Shown: positions 34,032 to 43,486 of the stretch, one piece after another | Layout of the letters: each line of letters opens with the position of its first letter | Numbering within the stretch: the stretch's first letter is position 1 | Source: Candidatus Marinacidobacterales bacterium | GTDB taxonomy: Bacteria > Acidobacteriota > Vicinamibacteria > Marinacidobacterales > DATDRI01 | Reading direction: 5' to 3' | Assembly (NCBI GenBank): GCA_965219415.1 | Contig: CBDCNP010000002.1 | Coordinates: forward strand, 736,001 to 800,000 | Length of the DNA: 64,000 nucleotides | Translations under genes and position numbers: made by a program | Notes under the pieces: model-generated | The model's input: the letters and a program-made list of their open reading frames with translations, nothing else | What the model was told of the DNA's origin: nothing | Database searches by the model: none

Positions 34032-34197
34032 GGTGCTTCCGCCATTAAGTGTTGGTGAGATGACGCTAAGACCCTACAGTGCATTAAATTATAGCCAAAA
34101 TAGCATTCGTGACCTTCGCTGCGTGCTAAATGGAGCGTAAGCGCCTCTTTTGCAAAGGGATGCGTACACATCACCAACAGTAAACAGCGCAAGCACC
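34032..34197 (+). mobile_element. 166-bp MITE-like element, copy C
   Basis: GGTGCTTCCGC...GCGCAAGCACC, 166 bp. Confidence 0.8.
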
Positions 34198-34227
34198 CGC
34201 GGATGAATAAATAGAAGGCACAGGTTC

Positions 34228-34818
34228 TATCGGGAGTCCGAGTACGACCAGACCTCGCCGGTGACGAGCGCGACCGGCGACACTTTCGCGAAGCTTGGCG
34301 GAGAGATCCAGCGCGCCGAGGACCGGATCGGTAGCATCTCGTCGCAGAATGTCTTCGCCAACGTGTACGTCGACTTCCCAGGGCGGACTCGTCTGACACC
34401 GTACGTTGGAGTGGGAGTCGGCATCGGGCTGACCGAGCTGGATTACGGCGACCTGTGGGCGCGGAACCCCGACCCTGACGCCATCGGTACGGCCGCTGGT
34501 CTGCCGAACGAGGAGGAAATCCGCCGCAACCTTGCCGGCACTACCACCAGCAAGCAGACGGAGCTGCGTGATAGGCTAGCCGGGTACCAGTTGCTGGGCG
34601 GCGTCGATTACGCCATGTCGAAAAGGGTGTCACTCGGTATCAAGGCCCGCTGGGTCGGCTTTGGGCGGTTCGCCGCCGTCGGCATTGAGTGGGAGCGTTT
34701 GCGGAGCCACGCATCGGAACTGCGTCGCGACGGCAGCGAGCCCGTGACGTTTCGCATCCGAACCGGCGATCCTCTTTCGTTCGTTAGCGTGAGCCTCTCG
34801 ATGCGGTACGATTTCTAA
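34228..34818 (+). pseudogene. Outer-membrane beta-barrel (opacity/OmpA-like) protein, 5'-truncated
   Basis: NVFANVYVDF, TPYVGVGVG, GYQLLGGVDY, C-terminal MRYDF; no signal peptide, begins at an IS-like end. Confidence 0.75.
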
Positions 34819-35109
34819 AACGGTCGTCACGTTGAACGCGTTTCGTTCAGATACCGACCGAATCGGCGGCAACTGGTGCTTCCGCCATCGAGTGGGTGCT
34901 TCCGCAGTCAAGTGTTGGCGGCCGCCGCGTAACCTGTTCGCGTGCTGGAGTCTTAGCCTGATTTCGAGAGGCGCAGTTCTTTCGTCAATGCCGGCTGGAC
35001 CGAGTTTTGGCACAGGACGGGGTTGGAACGGGCCACTGTCAGGATGAGATGGGTGCACGGCTGGCAGACCTCCCCGATGACGAGCATCAGGCGTGCGTGG
35101 GCGAGTGAT

Positions 35110-35290
35110 TGGGCTAGGCATGGGAGCGGGTCCTCGTCGCTACGATCGCGATTTTCGTGATGCAGCGAGGCGCTCCTGATACCGAAAAACTCGCAACCGA
35201 TCCCGTCCGAGGCACGTTGATCCAGCTCACCTCACATTCTGGTGACGAGCTCTTCCTCAGCTTGTCGCCCGCCGGAAAAACCTTTCGCCG
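35110..35290 (+). pseudogene. Fragment of a kinase/PD40-type protein (TM + first propeller motif)
   Basis: VLVATIAIFVM...IQLTSHSGDELFLSLSPAGKTF resembles QLT..PG.E.FPSLSPDGK. Confidence 0.5.
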
Positions 35291-35357
35291 AAGCGAGCCG
35301 CGCGTCAGAGAACCGGGATGTCTACAACCTCGGCGCACTTCACGGACCGAGACATAT

Positions 35358-36410
35358 CTAACGTTGCGATTCTGACAACCACCTCTGGATCTGAATGGCC
35401 TGATCCTGATATTCGCGGCGAAGCCGTTCGAGAACCCGTTCCATCTCAGGGTGGAGTGGATCATTTACTCTGTCGCGAGGGGTGGCAAAGCTGGCTGGAT
35501 AGACAGACAGGGCGGAGAGATCCCCACCTGCAAGAGCTATTTTCGCTATCTGGAATCCCCGTCCGGCAAACTCGTCGATCATGTCTTCTCCGAGCGCCTT
35601 GGAAGCTCGGGAAGGGTTTCCCCAGTAACCTTGCCAGTCCTCTCCAGGAACCGTCCGCAAGAATTCCTCATCGTTTTTGACCAGAAAAGGCCGATAGTCC
35701 TTGTAATCCGGCTTGACAAGATCGCCTCGCAGAAACAGATTAACCGATGTTTCGGCTGCACCCGCATGCCCCTCATAGCCTAACTGTTCTTGCCAATCCT
35801 GGCCAAAATGCTTCTGATAAATCTCCGGGCTGTAGAATCCTGAGCCGAATATCAAGCTGGAGATATTCACCATCCGTACGTCGTATTCCTCACTCACAAA
35901 AGCAGCGGCTTGATTGAAGGCGGTGTTGCCAAGAGGAAACCCGTAGCTATGCACCAAGAAGACGTTTTTGAAACCCTTTCGGGCAATCGTAGAACCCCAG
36001 TCGATTGCCACGGCCCGAAGCGTCTCAAAACGCAGGGGAAAGGTGCCTATGTGGTTGAACTCTCCCGCATGGACTTCCGGCCCCTCCTCGCCGAGCATTA
36101 TCGGCGGAACCAGCACAAGATCGTAGTCCGGATGGGAGACGCGGAGCCGTTTGATCAGGCCATCGCGTATGCCCATAGCCTGAAAATAATCAGCGCCGAC
36201 GGGAAGATGCGGGCCATGCTGCTCCAAGTTTCCTATCGTCAGGAAGAAGACGGACTTTTTCCGATCCAACCTGTCAATTTCGACGAAAGTCAATTCTTCG
36301 AGTCGCAAAACGCGGCCGACTCCTGCATGTGAAGCCATTACGATTTGCAGCAACAGAACCGTGCTGAATGCAATTACCGTTGCTGCAGCGAATCTCCTCT
36401 TAGCTGGCAT
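35358..36410 (-). CDS. Creatininase / cyclic amide hydrolase family protein, with signal peptide
   Basis: GNLEQHGPHLPVGAD, GHAGAAETS, GYWGNPSRAS. Confidence 0.88.
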   Translation of the reverse strand: MPAKRRFAAATVIAFSTVLLLQIVMASHAGVGRVLRLEELTFVEIDRLDRKKSVFFLTIGNLEQHGPHLPVGADYFQAMGIRDGLIKRLRVSHPDYDLVLVPPIMLGEEGPEVHAGEFNHIGTFPLRFETLRAVAIDWGSTIARKGFKNVFLVHSYGFPLGNTAFNQAAAFVSEEYDVRMVNISSLIFGSGFYSPEIYQKHFGQDWQEQLGYEGHAGAAETSVNLFLRGDLVKPDYKDYRPFLVKNDEEFLRTVPGEDWQGYWGNPSRASKALGEDMIDEFAGRGFQIAKIALAGGDLSALSVYPASFATPRDRVNDPLHPEMERVLERLRREYQDQAIQIQRWLSESQR

Positions 36411-36476
36411 AAGTCTCCTTTTTTGGAGCCATCTAAAACCTCGAGTTTCGAAAATCAGCTAATTGACCGTGAAAGC

Positions 36477-38099
36477 CTAGGCCTCGGTGAGCGCGTAAAG
36501 CAGATCCACGTAGGCTTTCTCGATGTCAGCCAGACTAGCGATCGCCGACGTCTTGGGCTGAATCAGCATGTACTCATTGGGCGCGTGCATGTTTCCTCCA
36601 TGCCCAAGACCCACCAGCACCAGCGGCAGCTGGAGCCTGTCGGTAAACTGATCGAAAGGGGCATTCGCCCCAAACCGAGGCCAGACAGCGGGCGTGATGC
36701 CGTATTTGTTATACACGCTGATCGCCTTGTGCACTAAGGGAGCGTCCACAGAAGTCTGAGAAGGCGGATAGGCAGCCAGTTGTTTGATTTTGACATCCGT
36801 GAAGCCCTTGTTGTCCAAGTGAGTACGAATCATGCTCAAAGCCTCTTCTGGCCGCTGGTTGGGCACCAGCTGCGAATCGACCTTGGCCACCGCTTTGCGA
36901 GGTAAGATGCAATTAGCCCCGGGACCCGTATAGCCGGACGAAATCCCGTCAATGTTGAGCGTGGTATCGAACAGAAACTGGACGAAGGTCTCCTTTCCTT
37001 TGATACCATCAATCCAGCGCTTCACACCCAAGTCAGCAAACTGGGTAAACTCACCCCCCGGACCAAAAAAGCCCGCGAGCTGCGGACTGTTAATGAGTCG
37101 CTGCTGTTCGTCCGTTGGAGGCTGTATGGGATCGTAATAGCCAGGAACCGTAATCGTGTTACCGTCCGGCGTCGTTAGGGTCCCTAGTGCCTGCACCAGG
37201 CGCCACACCGGTGAGTCAACAATCGACTTGTACCACCCTCCAATATCATCAACCGTGGGGCCTCCGTGTTCCGTCCCTGTCGTTTCAAGCTCGAGGTAAA
37301 GCCAGCCCTTCATTCCCAAGCCCAAGGTGGCAGCGCCTTTTGGATTCTGGGAATTGTGAGGACAAATGACCCCGACGGCTTCACGAAGTCGCTCCTCGTA
37401 GCGGTCAATGATCTCCGGGTAGTGGCGAGAGCCGATCTCCTCTTCACCCTCGGCGGCAATCATCAGATTAACTGGCAGCTTCCCCTCGGTGGCAATGATC
37501 GATTCGACCGCGTTCAAGAAGGCCCGCTCCGGCCCTTTCTGGTTCGCCGCCCCTCGAGCCATAACCGCCGTACCCAGCTCCTCAATCTCCACAAGCTCCG
37601 ACGAGTACGGAGGTACTCTCCACTTTTCAGGAACGACCGGAACCACGTCGTACATCAAATAAACACCCAGTGTTTTCTCCGCTCCGGCGTCGTAATAGCC
37701 CCACACTCCAGGATGGCCGGAAGTTGGGACGAGCTCGGCCTCCTTGAAGCCCAGCTGGCGAAAATCGTCCCGGACCATCGTCGCCATCTCCTCAATCCCA
37801 ATCCCCTGGGCACTATCTGATGGCTGCCGCAACCAGCGGCGAATATTTTCCAGGTGATCTTCCAAATGCTGGTCAATGTAGCGATACACACCAGAATGAT
37901 TCCCCTGGTAGGCCGCAATCTCCCGCGCGTCAAAAGCCTCCTCGGTCGTAATCTCAAACTCGGGTCGCTTAATCCCTTCCGTCTCCTCCGCCTCGCATCC
38001 AGCCGCCAAAAGTCCCCAAGCGGCGGCTGAGATCCCTACCAGGCCTCCCTGGGCAAATTCCCGCCGGTTCATTCCGTGGCCTTTCTCTTGTTTTTTCAT
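36477..38099 (-). CDS. M20-family metallopeptidase/deacylase, Tat-exported, probable lipoprotein
   Basis: NRREF twin-Arg signal with LAAGC lipobox; EGEEEIGS, HAPNE. Confidence 0.88.
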   Translation of the reverse strand: MKKQEKGHGMNRREFAQGGLVGISAAAWGLLAAGCEAEETEGIKRPEFEITTEEAFDAREIAAYQGNHSGVYRYIDQHLEDHLENIRRWLRQPSDSAQGIGIEEMATMVRDDFRQLGFKEAELVPTSGHPGVWGYYDAGAEKTLGVYLMYDVVPVVPEKWRVPPYSSELVEIEELGTAVMARGAANQKGPERAFLNAVESIIATEGKLPVNLMIAAEGEEEIGSRHYPEIIDRYEERLREAVGVICPHNSQNPKGAATLGLGMKGWLYLELETTGTEHGGPTVDDIGGWYKSIVDSPVWRLVQALGTLTTPDGNTITVPGYYDPIQPPTDEQQRLINSPQLAGFFGPGGEFTQFADLGVKRWIDGIKGKETFVQFLFDTTLNIDGISSGYTGPGANCILPRKAVAKVDSQLVPNQRPEEALSMIRTHLDNKGFTDVKIKQLAAYPPSQTSVDAPLVHKAISVYNKYGITPAVWPRFGANAPFDQFTDRLQLPLVLVGLGHGGNMHAPNEYMLIQPKTSAIASLADIEKAYVDLLYALTEA

Positions 38100-38501
38100 T
38101 TAAGAGTTGCCTTTCTTTGTTTTATAACAGCTTCCGGTATCGTCGAGTCTTCCCATAAATGGGGAATCGATTCCGAGATCTAGCGACTCTCCCGTGCCAG
38201 ACTGACGAGCTCTGTGGCAAGCTTGTAACCTCGTGACGGTTCCCTGGCTCCGCAGCGGCGCACGAACGTAAACGCTCTCGCCCTTGGCCACTCCGGGACG
38301 AAACGTGCCCCAACAGCTCCGGCGAAGAAGGGTTACACGCACAGCCAGATTTCCATGCCAGGGCGCAGAGCTGTGTGCCCATGCAGTTCACAGGAAACAC
38401 CGGCGCCGAGCGGGTATAGGTACTCCCAGGAACTTGACTCATTTGTAGAGATGCTGCGGAGTCAAGACGTCTCGCGTTTGCATCAGGTTCGTGTAGGCCC
38501 C

Positions 38502-39899
38502 CTAGTTCCAACTCAACGTGTCGTATCTTTTTCCACCTTTCATCACGAGGTGGATCTTATGAAGATTGGTAATGTCCTGTGCCGGGTCCCCGGCAACCGA
38601 AATGATGTCGGCCAGCTTACCGGGAGCCAAAGTGCCGACCTCTTCGGCCACGCCGCTGATCTTTGCCGCGGAGCCAGTGGCCATATGGATGACGTCTCTT
38701 AAAGGAATCCCAGCCTCCACCATCCACTCCATCGTCAGTGTGAGCCCTCCATAGTAGGTGTCCAAGCCCAGTCCTATGGGCACCCCGGCGCGGTAGGCGC
38801 TGAATACAGCGGCCTGTCTCTTTTTCACGCCCGGGAAAAAATCCCGCGCGGCACGATTGGCTTCGTTGTCTTCATATGGACGATCCTCAGTCTCCCACTG
38901 AGGATGTTCTCGCCTCCACTTGAGCATCTCTTCCCGCATGAATCGAATCCACTGTTCTGGTTTCACGACTTCCTGATCGAGAAAGCGCCACCACTCGAGA
39001 CTCGGTCGAAACCCAATGTAGACTAAGGGGGTCAGGCTAATGGCGGTTGCGTGTTTCTTCAGCAGCTGAATGATTTCCTCAGTGAGCGGCCGGGCGTGTT
39101 CGATGGAGTCGACTCCGGCCTCAAGGGCGGTACGGATCGCCGAGCCCCACTTGCCGGTGCAGTGAGCCGTGACAGGAATTCCGGAACCGTGGGCTTCCTC
39201 GACAGCCGCCCGCACCTCTTCAGGACGAAGCTGTGCTCGCTCTGAAGAAAGATCAACCATCGATAACTTGATCAGTCTTGCCCCGCGTCTGAAATTATCT
39301 CGAACGAGGTGAATCACTTCCCATGGTCCGTCCACCTGACTTCCAGGAGTGGTGGTATGGCCTCCACTGGATGTGATAATGATGCCAGCCGGGATGATTC
39401 TTGGTCCTGGGATCATGCCAGATTCTATCGCTCTTTCGAGGTCCAACTGGATATGGGCTAAGCCGGTTTCATCCCCGACCATTCGCATAGTCGTAATGCC
39501 GCACAACAGTTGAGTTCGGGCATTCTTAACCATGCGCATCGCCTGGCTTCCCGGTCCTTGGGCAGCCTGTTCAGCTTGTCCCACGGCGCCTCCTCCCGTG
39601 TAGCGAAGCTGAATATGGCCGTGGGTGTCGATCAGTCCCGGAAGAATCGTATCCCTGCCTAAGTCTATGACTGTGGCGCTGCCAGGGATTTCAACTTCAG
39701 ACGGCGTCCCCACCCGCTCGATTCTCTCGCCCCTGATGACCACAACAGCAGGTGAAACGGGAGCGGCTCCGCTTCCGTCAAAAAGACGTGCAGCCTTCAG
39801 AGCAATACTGGGTGGGGAATTCGTTTGAGCAGACAGAAGTGCAGTTGACAATACAAACGACTGAAGCACCACGGCCTTCAGAGACCCAGGCCGCTTCAT
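38502..39899 (-). CDS. Metal-dependent amidohydrolase (Xaa-Pro dipeptidase / HutI-like), with signal peptide
   Basis: LPGLIDTHGH, IKL, TAHC, SIEHA, GLDT, GTLAPGKLADII. Confidence 0.9.
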   Translation of the reverse strand: MKRPGSLKAVVLQSFVLSTALLSAQTNSPPSIALKAARLFDGSGAAPVSPAVVVIRGERIERVGTPSEVEIPGSATVIDLGRDTILPGLIDTHGHIQLRYTGGGAVGQAEQAAQGPGSQAMRMVKNARTQLLCGITTMRMVGDETGLAHIQLDLERAIESGMIPGPRIIPAGIIITSSGGHTTTPGSQVDGPWEVIHLVRDNFRRGARLIKLSMVDLSSERAQLRPEEVRAAVEEAHGSGIPVTAHCTGKWGSAIRTALEAGVDSIEHARPLTEEIIQLLKKHATAISLTPLVYIGFRPSLEWWRFLDQEVVKPEQWIRFMREEMLKWRREHPQWETEDRPYEDNEANRAARDFFPGVKKRQAAVFSAYRAGVPIGLGLDTYYGGLTLTMEWMVEAGIPLRDVIHMATGSAAKISGVAEEVGTLAPGKLADIISVAGDPAQDITNLHKIHLVMKGGKRYDTLSWN

Positions 39900-39932
39900 T
39901 CGTGCAGCACCTTTTTGATATTCCTTTATTCG

Positions 39933-42900
39933 CTAGAACTCAAACCGCACGCCAATCTGAACTTCGCGCCCGGGCGACCCGGTAACCGCATCACCGAAAC
40001 TGCCGCCTCCACAGCCAGCTGGATCGGGAAGTCCGTCACCCGTGCTATCTTGGCAAACGTTAAACACCTGAAGCGGGTTCAGCCGGTTGGTCAGGTTGAA
40101 GATCTCCACCAGTCCTAGCAGGCGCGCGTCCTCGCCGAGATGGAATTCCTTCGCGAACCTCACGTCGATATTGAAGAAATGACCCGTAGTAAACCCGCCC
40201 TTCTCTGTACCCAGCAAACGGGTATCAAAGAGACTGTCTCCATCGGAATCGAGGGGAAGGCCGGCAGCGTTAAACGGACGGCCTGACATGGCTCTTAGGA
40301 CTCCGGAGAGATCTATACCGTAAGGCAGTTTAGAGAGACCGCTGAAAACAAAAACGTGTTCGGGAGTGTTCAAGCTCCGCCCTATGTCTCTCTCCGGAAA
40401 GTTGTTCAAAAGGAAGCTACTTTCACCGAACACCGTCGGTATCCTGGGGTTGGTGAGGTTGTCCGTCGCGTCTGTGTACGTATAGTTCGCCGCAAACGCG
40501 TATCCGTCGCTAAAACGCTTGACCAGGCTTAAAACAAACGCGTTGGTGTCCAGAAACCCGATCGGTTCAAGTTGAGCATTGCAGGGACTGCCGTCGACGG
40601 TATTCCCCTTGCAGCTCGCGGCAACCGGCACCTCGAGAAGATTAGTGACCCTCAGCGTCATTAGATCCCTCGTCCTCCTTACGAAAAGCTGCGCTTCGAG
40701 CGATAAATCTTCTCCGAGTGCCTGTTCGATCCCAATGTTGAACGAGTCTGTGTGTGGGAGCTTCTGCTCCCCTAGCGTCTGGATTCGAACGATCTCGGGC
40801 TCGCAGTTACGGAATTTGAATATAAGCGGTCGGCCCAAATTAACGCTGTTTTCGCCCGTCTCTCGGAGGAACTCGAACTGATCGCACTCCGGCCCCGGGA
40901 AAAAGCCGTTGAGAATCGCCAGGGCCTCTTCGGGAGTCAACCGTCCTCCGGTCAGCTCGGGAATACTGGCAAAGTTCAAAACGGGGGGAGTCGCCGGATC
41001 ATTTACCGGGATACCGAGCAGTTCGTACATGATATAAGGCTCTCCCCTTCCCGTGATGGTGAGATTGCCTGAGGTCCGTACGTCACCTTCTGGAATGAGG
41101 TAGCTGTAAAGGTTAGGATTCGACAGCCAGCGGGTTCCCGAATCTTGCAAAACTCCCCAAGCGCCGATGCTCGGATTGTTGTAGAATGCGCCACCCCGAG
41201 GAATGATCTGAAAATCGAATTCCTGGTTTGAAATTCCTCCAAGTTCCGGCGTCCGGGCGATGGCCTCCAGCACATTCGAATCGTAGAAACGACCCAAGGA
41301 TCCACGGATGACTGTTTTCCCCCTGTTTCCCACGTCGTAAGCGAATCCGAGACGTGGACCAAAATTATTCTTGTCATCGCTGAGAAGAGACGAGTAGTCG
41401 TATCGCACGCCCAGATTAAGTGTGAACCCGGGCGTCACCGACCAGGAATCTTGGAGAAACAAAGCCCAATTGTTGACTGTGCCTTGAGCCCGCTTATTGG
41501 GTCCGACGATTTCTTCCAGGCCCTTGTCTGCCCGTTGCATCGAGATATCATATCCAAGCTCCTCATAGCGGCCCTCGACATCGAGTGCGGTATTACCCAG
41601 GATGATGAAATCAGAAAAGACAATGAAGTGGTCCAACTCGTTTCTGAGGTAGTCAATTCCGAGTTTGAAGCTATGGCTACCTAAACTGTCGGTGTCTTTG
41701 AAATAGGACAAACTTTCCATCCACTGAAATTGGTCTGTCGTTCGATCGACCGTTCTTAGTACCGAGGCACCCGAAAGCCACACCACAAAATCGGGCACAT
41801 GAGTTATGGGTGCAAACACCTCCTCACTCTGAATCTTCTCAAGATTCTCTCCGAAGCGAATTCGATTGAACCGAAGAGACGACTCCAAGAAAGCCGTGTC
41901 CCCGAAGAAAGTCGTGTAGCGCCCGTTGACGCTTGTAGAGTCAAGTTCGAGATCCGACGCGCTAGAGGGGAGAAAAATTGGCGGGGGTGGGCCTCCCGAC
42001 CGTTCGCCGGTGCCGGAGGGAATCAGAAAATCATTGATCCCTCGATTCAGGTTGAAAGTTACCGACAACTGATTTTTGCGGTTGAAAGTGTGATCTAATT
42101 TAAAGAAACTCGTGATGCGCCTGTCCAATGGAGTTTCATCGAAAGGCTCCGTGCCAAGAGCTGGTGAAAAATAGCCATCCCTAACAATCTGGGGGAGAAT
42201 AGACTGATCGAAAATGATACCCCGCTTTTCGCGAAAAAGCTGGAACGCCCCGAAGAAGTAGGTCCGGTCTCTGGCGATCGGCCCGCCCAAGGTCCCACCG
42301 AACTCCTGACGCTCGAGTGCAGGGGCCTCTTGGCCTTCGATGTTCGAAGAATCAAGGGCACCATCCCGGAAGTATCCGAAAACACTTCCGTGGAAGTCGT
42401 TGGTACCCGAGCGGGTGACTACGTTGGCAACGGCCCCTGTGGCACGACCAAACTCCGCCTGATATCCTCCCAATAGCACCTCGAATTCCTGGATGGCGTC
42501 CTGGATGAAGAACTCGGCGAAGCTCCTGCTAAACGGATTATTGTTGTCCAGCCCGTCAACCAGGAAAGAGTTGGAAGTGGCCCTCTCACCAAAAACCGTA
42601 ACGTCGGCCCCCTGATCAATCAACGGGTCGCGCGGTGCAGTTCCCGGAACTAATTTCATCAGGTCCAGGAACTGTCGCCCATTCAGGGGTATTGCATTGA
42701 TCGTTCTGTTATCGATGAGTGCTTGCAGATCCGATTGGCTTTCTCGCAAAAGCGACACATCAGCAGTGACAGTAACCGCCTCCTGAACCCCGGCGAGTCG
42801 CAGCGTAATGTCTACTTGCACGTCCGTATTTAGCGCTAGCTCAGTACCCTCTACTAGTTCCCTTTGGAAGCTAGCCAATTCGGCCGTCAATGTGTAGACG

Positions 42901-43127
42901 CCAGGCTGGAGTCCCGCGACTCGGTAGCGCCCTTGGTCATCCGTTGTCACATCGAGGGTGCCCCTCTTTAGTGCAGGGCTTTCCACGGTCACTGTGACAT
43001 TGGGGAGAACGGCACCCTGGGAATCGCGAACGACGCCGTGAATCGTCGCGGTAATCTGCCCAAAGACGACGGGCACCAAACATGTCAAGGCCAGAAAAAG
43101 AACTAACACTCTACCCGTGTGCTTCAT
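39933..43127 (-). CDS. TonB-dependent receptor (carboxypeptidase-regulatory N-domain, Oar-like)
   Basis: G.VRDSQGAVLP, IPLNGRQF, AEFGRATG..NVVTRSGTN, FLQDSW, NLGVRYD, NFGPRLG, C-terminal GVRFEF; GGAGG RBS. Confidence 0.93.
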   Translation of the reverse strand: MKHTGRVLVLFLALTCLVPVVFGQITATIHGVVRDSQGAVLPNVTVTVESPALKRGTLDVTTDDQGRYRVAGLQPGVYTLTAELASFQRELVEGTELALNTDVQVDITLRLAGVQEAVTVTADVSLLRESQSDLQALIDNRTINAIPLNGRQFLDLMKLVPGTAPRDPLIDQGADVTVFGERATSNSFLVDGLDNNNPFSRSFAEFFIQDAIQEFEVLLGGYQAEFGRATGAVANVVTRSGTNDFHGSVFGYFRDGALDSSNIEGQEAPALERQEFGGTLGGPIARDRTYFFGAFQLFREKRGIIFDQSILPQIVRDGYFSPALGTEPFDETPLDRRITSFFKLDHTFNRKNQLSVTFNLNRGINDFLIPSGTGERSGGPPPPIFLPSSASDLELDSTSVNGRYTTFFGDTAFLESSLRFNRIRFGENLEKIQSEEVFAPITHVPDFVVWLSGASVLRTVDRTTDQFQWMESLSYFKDTDSLGSHSFKLGIDYLRNELDHFIVFSDFIILGNTALDVEGRYEELGYDISMQRADKGLEEIVGPNKRAQGTVNNWALFLQDSWSVTPGFTLNLGVRYDYSSLLSDDKNNFGPRLGFAYDVGNRGKTVIRGSLGRFYDSNVLEAIARTPELGGISNQEFDFQIIPRGGAFYNNPSIGAWGVLQDSGTRWLSNPNLYSYLIPEGDVRTSGNLTITGRGEPYIMYELLGIPVNDPATPPVLNFASIPELTGGRLTPEEALAILNGFFPGPECDQFEFLRETGENSVNLGRPLIFKFRNCEPEIVRIQTLGEQKLPHTDSFNIGIEQALGEDLSLEAQLFVRRTRDLMTLRVTNLLEVPVAASCKGNTVDGSPCNAQLEPIGFLDTNAFVLSLVKRFSDGYAFAANYTYTDATDNLTNPRIPTVFGESSFLLNNFPERDIGRSLNTPEHVFVFSGLSKLPYGIDLSGVLRAMSGRPFNAAGLPLDSDGDSLFDTRLLGTEKGGFTTGHFFNIDVRFAKEFHLGEDARLLGLVEIFNLTNRLNPLQVFNVCQDSTGDGLPDPAGCGGGSFGDAVTGSPGREVQIGVRFEF

Positions 43128-43340
43128 AACAACCTCCAAATGTGGTTTGAGGAACACTTTTGGGGGACCGATAAGAAAGGAGCTGCGAAAGCCCGTATCC
43201 GCGCCGGTAGGTTTGGTGCGTTAGGCGTGGCTCAGACGCGGAGGCTTGTGGATACCAGGAATATGTGGCTAGGTGCTCTAGGTCAATAGTGCAAATGGCC
43301 CGGTTTTTGAATTTTGACACTCTACCCGTGTGCTTCATAA
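43106..43340. repeat. 24-bp perfect direct repeat (43106-43129 and 43317-43340)
   Basis: ACACTCTACCCGTGTGCTTCATAA twice; one copy spans the receptor start codon. Confidence 0.9.
43258..43286 (-). promoter_or_regulatory. Putative promoter of the receptor locus
   Basis: TTGACC-N17-TATTCC lying between the two 24-bp repeats. Confidence 0.45.
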
Positions 43341-43486
43341 GGCTTGTCACGAGTTCCGGGCCGAGTTGCAGGGATTCGCTCCATTCAGAATCCCAAGGTG
43401 CCAATCGCTCGCCGTTGTTGCTCGAACGGCTGTTGCCAGTCTCGAGGCACTCTATAGCAAGGCACCATCTTTCTGTCAAGGCGTTT

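Noticed and set aside
31413-34197. CRISPR array or integron attC cassettes
   Set aside because: The repeats are 166 bp, in mixed orientation and irregularly spaced, with TIRs; no cas or intI gene and no RYYYAAC/GTTRRRY boundaries
38100-38501. Structured RNA or riboswitch in the gap between amidohydrolase and M20 genes
   Set aside because: Only a short CTTGACTC...GAGTCAAG inverted repeat is visible; no recognisable family without a covariance search
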